This document shows positions 45,155-54,338 of a stretch of 64,000 bases of DNA, one piece after another. A program made the position numbers and the translations under genes. Where the stretch lies: assembly GCA_965267575.1 (NCBI GenBank), contig OZ254086.1, positions 3,200,001 through 3,264,000 of the forward strand, read 5' to 3'. Positions within the stretch are counted from its first letter, which is position 1; every line of letters begins with the position of its first letter. The stretch comes from Calditrichales bacterium (lineage in GTDB: Bacteria > Calditrichota > Calditrichia > Calditrichales > J004). The notes under the pieces were generated by a model. The model was not told the DNA's origin, searched no databases, and worked only from the letters and a program-made list of their open reading frames with translations.

Positions 45155-48100
45155 GTGCGATTGTTTCGTATCACCCTCATATTTATGCTTTTGGCATCCG
45201 CTTTCGCGCAGGCTAATGATAATCTGCTGAACAGCACGACATTAAATGGCCTGTCTTTCCGGCTTATTGGTCCTGCCTTAACCGCCGGCCGTATCTCGGA
45301 CCTGGCCGTAGATCCCGGCAATCACAAGCGCTTTTTTGTAGCCGTGGCATCCGGTGGTGTATGGTACACTGATAACGGCGGTACAACTTTCCAGCCCGTT
45401 TTTGACAACGAAGGCTCCTATTCCATTGGCTGTGTGACCATCGATCCGAATAACCCGCTTGTTGTTTGGGTGGGCACAGGCGAAAACAACAGCCAGCGCA
45501 GCGTTTCCTATGGTGACGGCGTTTACAAATCCATCGACGGCGGCAAAAGCTGGACGCATATGGGGTTAAAGCAATCTGAGCACGTTGCCAAAATTCTGGT
45601 GGACCCGCGCAATTCTGACGTGGTCTATGTGGCATCGCAGGGGCCGTTGTGGAACAGCGGCGGTGACCGCGGGCTTTATAAAAGCAGCGATGCTGGAGCA
45701 ACCTGGAAGAGCATTCTACCGGTTGACGAACATACCGGCGTTAGTGATATCGTTTTTGATCCGCGCGATCCTGACGTTATTTACGCCACCACCTATCAGC
45801 GCCGGCGCCACGTGTGGACGCTGATCAACGGCGGACCGGGATCGGGCATTCATAAATCTACCGATGGCGGCAAAACCTGGAAAGAGCTGACCAAAGGCCT
45901 GCCGTCGGCCGATATGGGACGAATTGGTTTGGCAGTTTCGCCCGCCGACCCCGATGTGGTTTACGCCATCGTGGAAGCTCAGCACGAACAGCAGGGCTTT
46001 TACCGCAGCACGGATGCCGGTGAAAACTGGGAAAAACGCAACAGCTATATCAGCGGATCGCCGCAGTACTACCAGGAAATAGTTGCCGACCCGGTGGACG
46101 TGGACCGCGTCTACAGCCTGGATACCTGGACAATGGTAACCGTGGATGGCGGTAAAACATTCAGTAAGCTGGGTGAACTTTACAAACACGTGGACAACCA
46201 CGCCTGGTGGATAGATCCGGAAGATCCCGAACATATGCTCAGCGGCAATGACGGCGGCTTATATGAATCTTTCGACCGCGGCGAAACCTGGCGCTTTTTC
46301 CCGAATATGCCCATCACTCAGTTTTACCGTGCCACGCCGGATAACGATCTGCCATTTTATAATGTCTATGGCGGCACGCAGGATAATTTTACGCTGGGCG
46401 GTCCATCGCGCACTACATCGGCCAATGGCATCAACAACCGCGACTGGTTTGTAACGCTGGGCGGCGACGGATTCAAGTCGCAGATCGATCCGCAAAATCC
46501 TGATATTATTTACTCGCAATACCAGTATGGTGGTTTAGCGCGTTTTGACAGAAAAAGCGGCGAACGCATTTACATCCAGCCGCAGCCCGGCAAGAACGAA
46601 GCACCCCTGCGCTGGAACTGGGATTCACCGTTGATCATCAGTCCGCACAACCCGGCCAGGCTCTACTACGCCGCCAACATACTATTCCGCAGCGATGACC
46701 GCGGCAACTCCTGGAAAGCTGTAAGCCCCGACCTGACACGCCAGATCGATCGCAACAGGCTGAAAGTGATGGATAAAGTCTGGAGTGTTGATGCGGTGGC
46801 CAAGAACAACTCCACCTCCTTTTTTGGCAATATTGTTTCGCTGGATGAGTCGCCTTTGCAGGAGGGTTTGCTTTACACAGGCAGCGATGACGGACTTATA
46901 CAGGTAAGCGAAAACGGCGGTGACAGCTGGCGCAAAATTGAAAAAGTGGGCAAGGTGCCGGAAATGACCTACGTCAGCGACTTGCTGGCTTCACGCCATA
47001 ATGCCTCCACGGTTTATGCCACATTCGATAACCACAAAATGGGTGATTTTAAACCCTACGTTTACAAAAGTACGGATCGTGGCAAAAGCTGGTCCGATAT
47101 TTCTGCCAACCTGCCGGCAAAAGGCACGGTGTACACCATCACTGAAGATCATGTCGATCCAAGCCTGCTGTTTGTCGGAACTGAGTATGGCGTCTTTTTC
47201 AGCAGTGACGGCGGTAAGCAGTGGACGCAGCTAAAAGGCGGTATTCCCGTCATTGCTGTGCGTGACCTGGAAATTCAGCGCCGTGAGAATGATCTGGTTG
47301 CGGCAACTTTTGGCCGCGGCATTTATATCCTGGACGATTACAGCGCTCTGCGCGGGCTGACGGAGCAGAAGCTGCAACAACCGGCTCAGCTTTTTCCCGT
47401 GCGCAAGGCATTGATGTACATGGAGACTGTGGAACTTGGTCTGCCGGATAAATCGTTCCAGGGAGATGGTTTTTATGTGGCCGAAAATCCACCCTTTGGA
47501 GCGGTATTTACCTACTATCTTAAAGAAGGGTTAAAGACGCTGAAGCAGGAGCGCCGTGAGCAGGAAAGCAAACGAAAAGATAACCCTTATCCCGGCTGGG
47601 ACGAGCTGCGCAAGGAAGCACGGGAAGAAGCACCAAAAATTATCCTTACCGTGCGTAACAGCGATGGCGATATTGTGCGTCGCATAGAAGGCGCGACTAC
47701 CGCCGGCTTCCACCGCGTTGCCTGGGATCTGCGCTATCCGCCGGCCGATCCGGTTAGCCTGAGACCCTTCCCGACAGACAACCCGTTTGCCAGCGCGCCG
47801 ATGGGGCCGCTTGCTGCACCGGGCCGTTACACGGTTTCCCTGGAGAAAAACGTTCGTGATAATTATGAAATGCTGGCCGGTCCGATTGAGTTTGTCACCG
47901 AGCCTCTGAATAACGCAACTCTGCCTGCCCCTAATCTGCCGGAGCTGCTGGCCTTCCAGGAAAAAACCGCCGCCCTGCAGCGTGCCGTGCTAGGCGCTTC
48001 CCAGGTTGCCGATGAGGCAGCGAACCGCATCAACCATTTAAAGAAAGCTTTGTTTGATACGCCGGCGGATACGCGTGAACTCCAGAAACGCCTGCGCCAG

Positions 48101-48409
48101 ATCGAGCTTGATATGGTCGGTTTACTTGAAGAGCTGGAAGGTGACCGGGTTGTTCGCGGTTACAGCGAGCCGGTTGCGCCTTCGATCATTAGCCGCGTGC
48201 AGGAGATCGTTTACGGGCACTGGTCCAGCACATCCGAGGTTACGGAGACATTCCGAGAAAACTACCGCATAGCGACGGAGCAGTTTGAAGAGGTCTGGCC
48301 GCAACTGAAAGCGCTTATCGCCACAGATCTGGTGGCTATCGAACAAGAAGCCGAAGCACTGGGCGCGCCCATTACACCGGGACGCATGCCGGAATGGAAC
48401 CGTAAATAA
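45155..48409 (+). CDS. Secreted VPS10/BNR-repeat (sortilin-like) putative glycosyl hydrolase
   Basis: FRLIGP...GRI, many SxDxGxxW Asp-boxes, GGTQDN, ATFGRG, C-terminal helical domain; GTG with AAGGAGG. Confidence 0.88.
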   Translation: MRLFRITLIFMLLASAFAQANDNLLNSTTLNGLSFRLIGPALTAGRISDLAVDPGNHKRFFVAVASGGVWYTDNGGTTFQPVFDNEGSYSIGCVTIDPNNPLVVWVGTGENNSQRSVSYGDGVYKSIDGGKSWTHMGLKQSEHVAKILVDPRNSDVVYVASQGPLWNSGGDRGLYKSSDAGATWKSILPVDEHTGVSDIVFDPRDPDVIYATTYQRRRHVWTLINGGPGSGIHKSTDGGKTWKELTKGLPSADMGRIGLAVSPADPDVVYAIVEAQHEQQGFYRSTDAGENWEKRNSYISGSPQYYQEIVADPVDVDRVYSLDTWTMVTVDGGKTFSKLGELYKHVDNHAWWIDPEDPEHMLSGNDGGLYESFDRGETWRFFPNMPITQFYRATPDNDLPFYNVYGGTQDNFTLGGPSRTTSANGINNRDWFVTLGGDGFKSQIDPQNPDIIYSQYQYGGLARFDRKSGERIYIQPQPGKNEAPLRWNWDSPLIISPHNPARLYYAANILFRSDDRGNSWKAVSPDLTRQIDRNRLKVMDKVWSVDAVAKNNSTSFFGNIVSLDESPLQEGLLYTGSDDGLIQVSENGGDSWRKIEKVGKVPEMTYVSDLLASRHNASTVYATFDNHKMGDFKPYVYKSTDRGKSWSDISANLPAKGTVYTITEDHVDPSLLFVGTEYGVFFSSDGGKQWTQLKGGIPVIAVRDLEIQRRENDLVAATFGRGIYILDDYSALRGLTEQKLQQPAQLFPVRKALMYMETVELGLPDKSFQGDGFYVAENPPFGAVFTYYLKEGLKTLKQERREQESKRKDNPYPGWDELRKEAREEAPKIILTVRNSDGDIVRRIEGATTAGFHRVAWDLRYPPADPVSLRPFPTDNPFASAPMGPLAAPGRYTVSLEKNVRDNYEMLAGPIEFVTEPLNNATLPAPNLPELLAFQEKTAALQRAVLGASQVADEAANRINHLKKALFDTPADTRELQKRLRQIELDMVGLLEELEGDRVVRGYSEPVAPSIISRVQEIVYGHWSSTSEVTETFRENYRIATEQFEEVWPQLKALIATDLVAIEQEAEALGAPITPGRMPEWNRK

Positions 48410-48426
48410 TTGAACATGAGCCGTAG

Positions 48427-48457
48427 GCGGGGAGAACGATCTCTCCGCTTTTTTTTA
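48427..48457 (+). terminator. Intrinsic terminator
   Basis: GCGGGGAGA-acga-TCTCTCCGC-T run. Confidence 0.75.
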
Positions 48458-48519
48458 TTATTGACGTTGTCTTGTTGTTGATTTTAGCCGGGGCCGCACT
48501 AAATTAGACCTTACCGCGC

Positions 48520-48592
<73 letters not shown>

Positions 48593-48621
48593 CAGCTTTG
48601 AATTCAAAAACGGGAGGCGTT

Positions 48622-49131
48622 ATGCAAAAAGTCATCGAGAATTTCGAAGAAGCCATCGAGACTGCCGCAGACCGTTTACGCCACATACCGGACGCTGATG
48701 CCGGCCTTAAACCCATGCCCGATAAATGGTCTGCCAAGGAAATCCTCGGCCACCTTATCGATTCTTCGATAAACAACCACCGCCGTTTTGTGCTGGCGCA
48801 GCTTAAAGATGATTTGATCTTTGAGGGATATGATCAGGATAGTTGGGTAAGGACCCAAAAATACCATGACATGTCGTGGCGCTTCCTTGTTGAGGTCTGG
48901 ACCATGCACAACCGCCACCTGCTCCACCTGATCCGCGTTATTCCGGGTCCCGTGCTTTCGCGTAAGCACAATAACCATAATTATGATGAGATCGCCTGGC
49001 GCAGGGTAAAGAAAGAGAATGCTGTAACACTCGAATACCTGATCAGGGATTACATCGGGCACATGCAGCATCATCTGAATCAAATTTACCTTGTCGCTAA
49101 AAACGGAGATGTATCGATAAATGTAACCTGA
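48622..49131 (+). CDS. DinB/YfiT-family protein
   Basis: KWSAKEILGHLIDS..NNHRRF, YDQD.WV, DY..HMQHHL.QI; ATG 48622 with GGAGG. Confidence 0.88.
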   Translation: MQKVIENFEEAIETAADRLRHIPDADAGLKPMPDKWSAKEILGHLIDSSINNHRRFVLAQLKDDLIFEGYDQDSWVRTQKYHDMSWRFLVEVWTMHNRHLLHLIRVIPGPVLSRKHNNHNYDEIAWRRVKKENAVTLEYLIRDYIGHMQHHLNQIYLVAKNGDVSINVT

Positions 49132-49146
49132 CTGAAAGGAGTCCTG

Positions 49147-49692
49147 ATGCGCCGGTTTGTCCTTCTGCTGTTGCCGCTGTTATTCCTCTCCTGCGCCGCG
49201 GAACGGAAAGATCCGCACCTTGAGCCACAACAAGATCAGCCATACGGCGTCTTTGCTTTTCAAAAAGAGGTGACGCTGCCCGGCGTGCCGACGGTTATTT
49301 TTGATGCGATCACCGGCGATATCAGCGGTTGGTGGGATCACTCTTTTTCGGAAAATCCATACAAATTCTACATTGAGCCCAGGCCCGGCGGCGGGTTTTA
49401 TGAAATCTTTGATGAAAGCGGCGATGGTGTTTTGCATGCCACCGTAATCGCGGCACAGCGCGGCAAGTTGCTGCGTTTTGACGGGCCGCTTGGTCTTGCC
49501 GGAAGGGCCGTACAGGTTGTAACTACCTATACTTTTGAACCGGCCGGAGAAGATTCCACAAAACTGCAGGTAAATGTGCATTCATCCGGAGAGATTGATC
49601 AAAAAACAGCCGATGTGGTGGAGCGCGTCTGGGAGCACTTTATATTCGAACGGTTTGAACCCTATATCAAAGAGGGCAGGCATCTGGAATAA
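49147..49692 (+). CDS. SRPBCC/START-like lipoprotein
   Basis: Lipobox FLSC; DISGWWDHSFS, EPRPGGGFYE, LRFDGPLG. Confidence 0.75.
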   Translation: MRRFVLLLLPLLFLSCAAERKDPHLEPQQDQPYGVFAFQKEVTLPGVPTVIFDAITGDISGWWDHSFSENPYKFYIEPRPGGGFYEIFDESGDGVLHATVIAAQRGKLLRFDGPLGLAGRAVQVVTTYTFEPAGEDSTKLQVNVHSSGEIDQKTADVVERVWEHFIFERFEPYIKEGRHLE

Positions 49693-49706
49693 TAAATACC
49701 GGGTAA

Positions 49707-49740
49707 TAAAAAAAGGCCGTCCAAATGGGCGGCCTTTTTT
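49707..49740. terminator. Bidirectional intrinsic terminator
   Basis: A-run GGCCGTCC-aaat-GGGCGGCC T-run between convergent genes. Confidence 0.85.
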
Positions 49741-49758
49741 GTTTATGGCTCAGGGAGG

Positions 49759-50238
49759 TCAGTTGTTGTAGCGGCAGTTTCCGCAATTGTTATAGCCCCT
49801 GCCGTGATGGCCTTTGCCATGGCCGTGTCCGCGGCCCATGCCACGGGGACGGCTGTCAAACACCACTCTTTGTTCATCGGTGAGTACCGAGCGGACCTGC
49901 TGATGATGGGCGGCGCGCTGCTTGGCCATCTGTGTTTTAATAGCGCTGATTTCATCGATCAGGCCGTTGATGGCTTTCATGTCCGCTTTTTCCGCCGACT
50001 GCAGCGTCATCAGCCGCGCTTTCTTTTCCTGCAGCGTATTGCGCAGTGGCAGCATTGTTTTCAGGTTTTCCGCGCGGAGTGTTTCGATTTGCTCTTTTTG
50101 GTCATCCGTCAGACCTGGCAAGTTTAAAGGCCCCTGTCCATAGCCCTGGTGTCCTTCGCCATAGCGCGGTCCTTTTTGCGCAAATGCGGCTCCAAGGCCG
50201 ATCAGGATAACTAAAGCGGTTACTGTAAGTCGTTTCAT
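49759..50238 (-). CDS. Spy/CpxP-family periplasmic protein
   Basis: Signal peptide; LTDDQK and VLTDEQR (LTxxQ) motifs; Gly/His-rich tail. Confidence 0.85.
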   Translation of the reverse strand: MKRLTVTALVILIGLGAAFAQKGPRYGEGHQGYGQGPLNLPGLTDDQKEQIETLRAENLKTMLPLRNTLQEKKARLMTLQSAEKADMKAINGLIDEISAIKTQMAKQRAAHHQQVRSVLTDEQRVVFDSRPRGMGRGHGHGKGHHGRGYNNCGNCRYNN

Positions 50239-50307
50239 TTTTGGCTCCTTTGGATTAGGTTGTGTATTGTTGTTTCTATATCATTAAACAAACGACTATG
50301 TTAATTC

Positions 50308-51024
50308 TTGCACTTTTTTAATACGGAGAATTTTTTGCACTACAAATACATCATTTTTGATGCCGACGGCACATTGTGGGACTTTGAAAGCGCTCAGTCC
50401 CAGGCTTTGCGGGGATTGTTTGAGGCTCTGCAGATAAACTGGAAAAACGACTTTGAAGATGTGTACAAAATTGTAAATAAAAAAATATGGGGTGAGCTGG
50501 AAAAGGGGTTAATCGCGCCGAATGAATTATCGGAAGAGCGCTTTCGCCGCTATTTTGGTGCACTTAACCATAAGGTAGAGGCCGCCGAAGCCAGCCGCCT
50601 TTTTCTGCACTATCTTAGCAAGGGGCGCGGCCTTATCGACGGAAGTCAGGATGTGCTGCGTTTTCTTCAGCAAAAGGGTTGCCGCATGCTGCTCCTTACA
50701 AACGGCCTTAAATCCGTGCAGAGGCCACGACATGAACAATCACCAATAAAAACTTTTTTTGAAGATATTGTCATTTCCGAAGAGGTGGGCGTGGCTAAAC
50801 CCGATCCTTATATTTTTGAAGTTGCTTTTAAAAAACTGGGCAACCCGCACAAGAGAGAGGTGCTGATGGTGGGTGACAATCCCTCTTCGGATATAAAAGG
50901 CGGCATGGATTATGGAACAGATACCTGTTTTTACAATCCGGCCGGTTTGGCAATCCCGGAAAAAATAAAAGCCACTTACACCATCTGTAAGCTGGATGAA
51001 ATCAAAAATATTGTTGACAAATGA
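50308..51024 (+). CDS. yjjG: HAD hydrolase, YjjG-like nucleotidase
   Basis: FDADGTLWDF, LTNG...Q..R, ISEEVGVAKPD..IF, MVGD..SDI.GG. Start uncertain (TTG 50308 or 50335). Confidence 0.82.
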   Translation: MHFFNTENFLHYKYIIFDADGTLWDFESAQSQALRGLFEALQINWKNDFEDVYKIVNKKIWGELEKGLIAPNELSEERFRRYFGALNHKVEAAEASRLFLHYLSKGRGLIDGSQDVLRFLQQKGCRMLLLTNGLKSVQRPRHEQSPIKTFFEDIVISEEVGVAKPDPYIFEVAFKKLGNPHKREVLMVGDNPSSDIKGGMDYGTDTCFYNPAGLAIPEKIKATYTICKLDEIKNIVDK

Positions 51025-51100
51025 AACGATTGGCCAGGGAGGACGTATTCTTCTGAAAAACAGACTATTGGCCGCCATCCTCCTGAGCCATGGTCTTTTT

Positions 51101-51150
51101 AGCCGGAGAATCAGACATCCGCACATGTCTCGGTTCTGCCGGCTTTTTTT
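51101..51150 (+). terminator. Long intrinsic terminator hairpin
   Basis: AGCCGGAGAATCAGACAT-ccgcac-ATGTCTCGGTTCTGCCGGCT followed by a T run. Confidence 0.7.
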
Positions 51151-51330
51151 GTTTACTGCCATTGTCGTTTCACCCAGCATAAAACGAACGGTAACAGAGT
51201 TTTGGAAATCAAATGAGTGACTGCGCCGTTGAATCCGGTGGCAACAGGCCGTTAAAAATATCACCCATCTAGTTTTGATTTTATTGGATAATGCGCTGAT
51301 ATTGTGATTGATCTGATAAAGGAAACTCAA

Positions 51331-51915
51331 GTGAAAACGATCTACCTCCTCCGCCATACAACTCCCGACATAGATCTTGATGTCTGTTACGGACAAATGA
51401 ATGTGAATGTGAAAGCTGAAAACTTTAAATCTGAAAGCAAAAGGATATTCGATTTACTGCGGGCATTCCCATCAATTAATAGTCCCAGGATTTACAGTAG
51501 TCCTTTAAAACGCTGTAAGGTGTTGGCGAATGCTCTTCCCTTTGATAAAGAGGTTCTGGTAGATGACCGTTTGATTGAGCTGGACTTTGGAAAATGGGAG
51601 GGCGTTCCATGGAAAGAAATTCCAAAAACCGAGCTCGATATATGGATGGAAGCTTTCCCTGAAATGCAGGCACCCGGCGGTGAATCGTATCGTCAAATGC
51701 AGGAGCGCGTTCTTAGGTTTTGGAGAGAGGTTCTGGACGGTGGAGAAGATGCCTATATTGTTGTTGCGCACGGTGGCAGCCTGAGGACGTTGATCAGCCA
51801 TATCCTGGAGATGCCGCTCAAAAGAATGTTTTCCCTTAATATGGATTTTGGCAGCGTCTCGGCCATTACAGTTGGCAAAAACAAAACACGATTACACTTT
51901 CTTAACCGCCAATGA
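51331..51915 (+). CDS. cobC: Histidine phosphatase, CobC (alpha-ribazole phosphatase)-like
   Basis: LLRHT, CYGQ, YSSPLKRC, ELDFGKWEG, PGGES, VAHGG; GTG 51331 with AAGGA. Confidence 0.72.
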   Translation: MKTIYLLRHTTPDIDLDVCYGQMNVNVKAENFKSESKRIFDLLRAFPSINSPRIYSSPLKRCKVLANALPFDKEVLVDDRLIELDFGKWEGVPWKEIPKTELDIWMEAFPEMQAPGGESYRQMQERVLRFWREVLDGGEDAYIVVAHGGSLRTLISHILEMPLKRMFSLNMDFGSVSAITVGKNKTRLHFLNRQ

Positions 51916-52733
51916 AAAAAATTCTCTTTTGTACGATTGCTTTAGTGCATCTGTTTGCCTGTTCTTCAAAAGATGTTGAAATGGAAACGTCGCGGCAAGC
52001 GGCAGCCGACAGCCTTTTTGCAGCTACCGCTGATTCCACTTTGCCCGATCCGTTGCCGCGCATAGTTGCTGAGCAACTGGCCTTTATGCGGACGAGCCTG
52101 GATAGCGCCACTATGGAAGAAACACAAATTATGGTACGGCGGTTTTTCAGCAGAGACTCAATCAATCTCTATGCTAAAGCCCAGTTTCAAAAAAGCTATG
52201 AAAAGCCCTATGCCGATTCCGTGCGGGAATGGTTTAGCAGTACTCTGCACGACACTATTCACACATTAATGAACGCAGACTTAAGCGAAAATGATAAAAA
52301 AAGAATAATCGAATATGCCAACCAGGCTTCACGCGATTCAGCCATGATGCGCCGCGTACGGATGCTGCGATCCATACAAAGTGACAGTGTACTAACTTTG
52401 AAAAAAAACGTCTATGAGCGGACAATGCGGGCCTTACTGAAACTGCATCAGGTTTTGGCTAAAGAAGGGCAGGACATTAAAACCAGGGATATTGGTTTTG
52501 TGGCGCATGCAGAAGCCATGGCTTATGGCCGTCGATTACGCGGCGAGCAGATTTATGAACAGCTTTACAGGTTACGCCTTCTCGATGATGCTAAATTTAA
52601 CAGCTATGTGGATGTGATGCGTTCACCGGCCTGGAAATGGTATGATCTGGCCATTAACGCCTCGCGTATGAAAGCCGTAAGCGCTGCATCCGCCAAATTA
52701 AAAAACTCCATTAACAGCACCGGGAAGGAGTAA
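51912..52733 (+). CDS. Hypothetical helical lipoprotein
   Basis: Lipobox LFAC; ATGA overlap with the upstream gene. Confidence 0.7.
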   Translation: MKKILFCTIALVHLFACSSKDVEMETSRQAAADSLFAATADSTLPDPLPRIVAEQLAFMRTSLDSATMEETQIMVRRFFSRDSINLYAKAQFQKSYEKPYADSVREWFSSTLHDTIHTLMNADLSENDKKRIIEYANQASRDSAMMRRVRMLRSIQSDSVLTLKKNVYERTMRALLKLHQVLAKEGQDIKTRDIGFVAHAEAMAYGRRLRGEQIYEQLYRLRLLDDAKFNSYVDVMRSPAWKWYDLAINASRMKAVSAASAKLKNSINSTGKE

Positions 52734-52735
52734 TT

Positions 52736-53590
52736 ATGAGTTGGAAAGATTTAAAAGCCATGGATTGGGAAGAACTCTCGGAAGCGCGACTACAGGTGCA
52801 TCAGGCAGTACAGCTAATTGCCTCCGCGGCCATTTCGTTTCTGGAAAAAAAGGAAGACGACAGTCATACCAACATGACCTGGTTGAATGACCAAAAAATG
52901 CTTGCCGGACATTTATTCGGTGAGGAAAAACGTTTTCGCCTGGCCTTAAGCATCGCTGATTTCCGCTATGTGCTGCTGGATGAACAAGATACGGAGATAG
53001 TAGACTTTCCTTTAAATATGCGTACGGTTGATGATGCGGTGGACTGGCTTATGGCACAACTGCGAAACAATGGCTTTGATCCCTCGGCTTTCCACACGCG
53101 CAGGCATTATAAAATACCGGTTAACAAGCCGGGCATGGGCGGTATTTACCAATATTTTGCCGCTGAACCTTTCCGCCAGATTTCGCACCATTTCGATTGT
53201 GCTCATGATGTTCTGGAAGAACTGCGCGCCGAAAAAGTGCCCGATGCGGTGTTGGCCTGTTGGCCGCATCATTTTGACCTTGCATTTCTTTATTCTGTGC
53301 AAAGTGCAAAGTCAGGTCAGGCAAAATCGGTCGGTTTAGGTTTTCTGCCAGGTGATGATTATTACAGCAAGCCTTATTATTATGTCTCTCCCTGGCCATA
53401 TCCTGAAGAGAATAAGCTGGAGAACAGCGAACTGCCTGACGGCGCGTTCTGGCACACACGTGATTTTGTCAGCGCTATCTGGGAAGCCGACGTTTACACG
53501 GCTTTTAAGGGTGTGATTTCAGGCAGAGAGCGTACTCTCGATTTTCTAAAAACCGCTCTCGGCCGCAGCGAAGCTCTTCTTACACAATAG
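52736..53590 (+). CDS. DUF5996-like hypothetical protein
   Basis: DDSH, WPHHFDLA, GFLPGD...PYYYVSPWP, GAFWH. Confidence 0.65.
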   Translation: MSWKDLKAMDWEELSEARLQVHQAVQLIASAAISFLEKKEDDSHTNMTWLNDQKMLAGHLFGEEKRFRLALSIADFRYVLLDEQDTEIVDFPLNMRTVDDAVDWLMAQLRNNGFDPSAFHTRRHYKIPVNKPGMGGIYQYFAAEPFRQISHHFDCAHDVLEELRAEKVPDAVLACWPHHFDLAFLYSVQSAKSGQAKSVGLGFLPGDDYYSKPYYYVSPWPYPEENKLENSELPDGAFWHTRDFVSAIWEADVYTAFKGVISGRERTLDFLKTALGRSEALLTQ

Positions 53591-53597
53591 GATTCCG

Positions 53598-54338
53598 ATG
53601 GTCCGTTTCGAAAATGTTACCTTTGCCTATAACTCGAAAAGGGTACTGGAGGGCTTTACGCTGGATGTTGCCGGCGGGAGAAGCACTATCCTTATCGGTC
53701 CTAGCGGCTGCGGCAAATCGACCATTTTGCGACTGGTAAACGGCCTGTTGAAACCGCAGGAAGGCACGGTCCGGGTAAATGGCGAGATCGTTTCGGACGA
53801 CACACTAAGAGATATCCGCCTTGGAACGGGTTACGTAATTCAGGAGGGCGGTTTGTTTCCCAACATGACCGCCGGCGGGAACATCACGTTGATGGCCCGG
53901 CGGCTTGGCTGGGACAGCACCCGGATTCAAAAGCGCATTGATTACCTCTGCGAACTTACCAGCTTTGATAAAGAGCTTCTACAAAGCTACCCGATTTTTC
54001 TCTCAGGCGGTCAGCGTCAGCGTGTAAGCCTTATGCGTGCGCTCATGCTGGATCCGGAGCTGCTCCTGCTTGACGAACCATTTGGCGCGCTGGACCCGCT
54101 TATCCGCGCGGAGCTGCAAGACAGCATGCGCGAGATTTTCCGAAAGTTAAACAAGACCGTTCTTCTTGTAACCCACGATATGCACGAAGCCGCTTATCTC
54201 GGCGATGACATTGTACTAATCCGTGACGGGCTTATTGAACAACAGGGCAGTGCCGATCAACTCGTGCAACAACCCGCCAATACGTTTGTGCGTGATTTTA
54301 TCCGGGCGCAGCGAAGCCATCTGCCCGCGGAGCAATAA
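53598..54338 (+). CDS. ABC ATPase, osmoprotectant (OpuA/ProV/YehX-like)
   Basis: GPSGCGKS, GYVIQEGGLFP, LSGGQRQR, LLDEPFGALDP, VTHD. Confidence 0.93.
   Translation: MVRFENVTFAYNSKRVLEGFTLDVAGGRSTILIGPSGCGKSTILRLVNGLLKPQEGTVRVNGEIVSDDTLRDIRLGTGYVIQEGGLFPNMTAGGNITLMARRLGWDSTRIQKRIDYLCELTSFDKELLQSYPIFLSGGQRQRVSLMRALMLDPELLLLDEPFGALDPLIRAELQDSMREIFRKLNKTVLLVTHDMHEAAYLGDDIVLIRDGLIEQQGSADQLVQQPANTFVRDFIRAQRSHLPAEQ

Noticed and set aside
49745..51091. ATGGCTCAGG(G)AGG inverted match flanking spy-like and yjjG genes
   Set aside because: Short, imperfect, no target duplication or transposase; probably chance.
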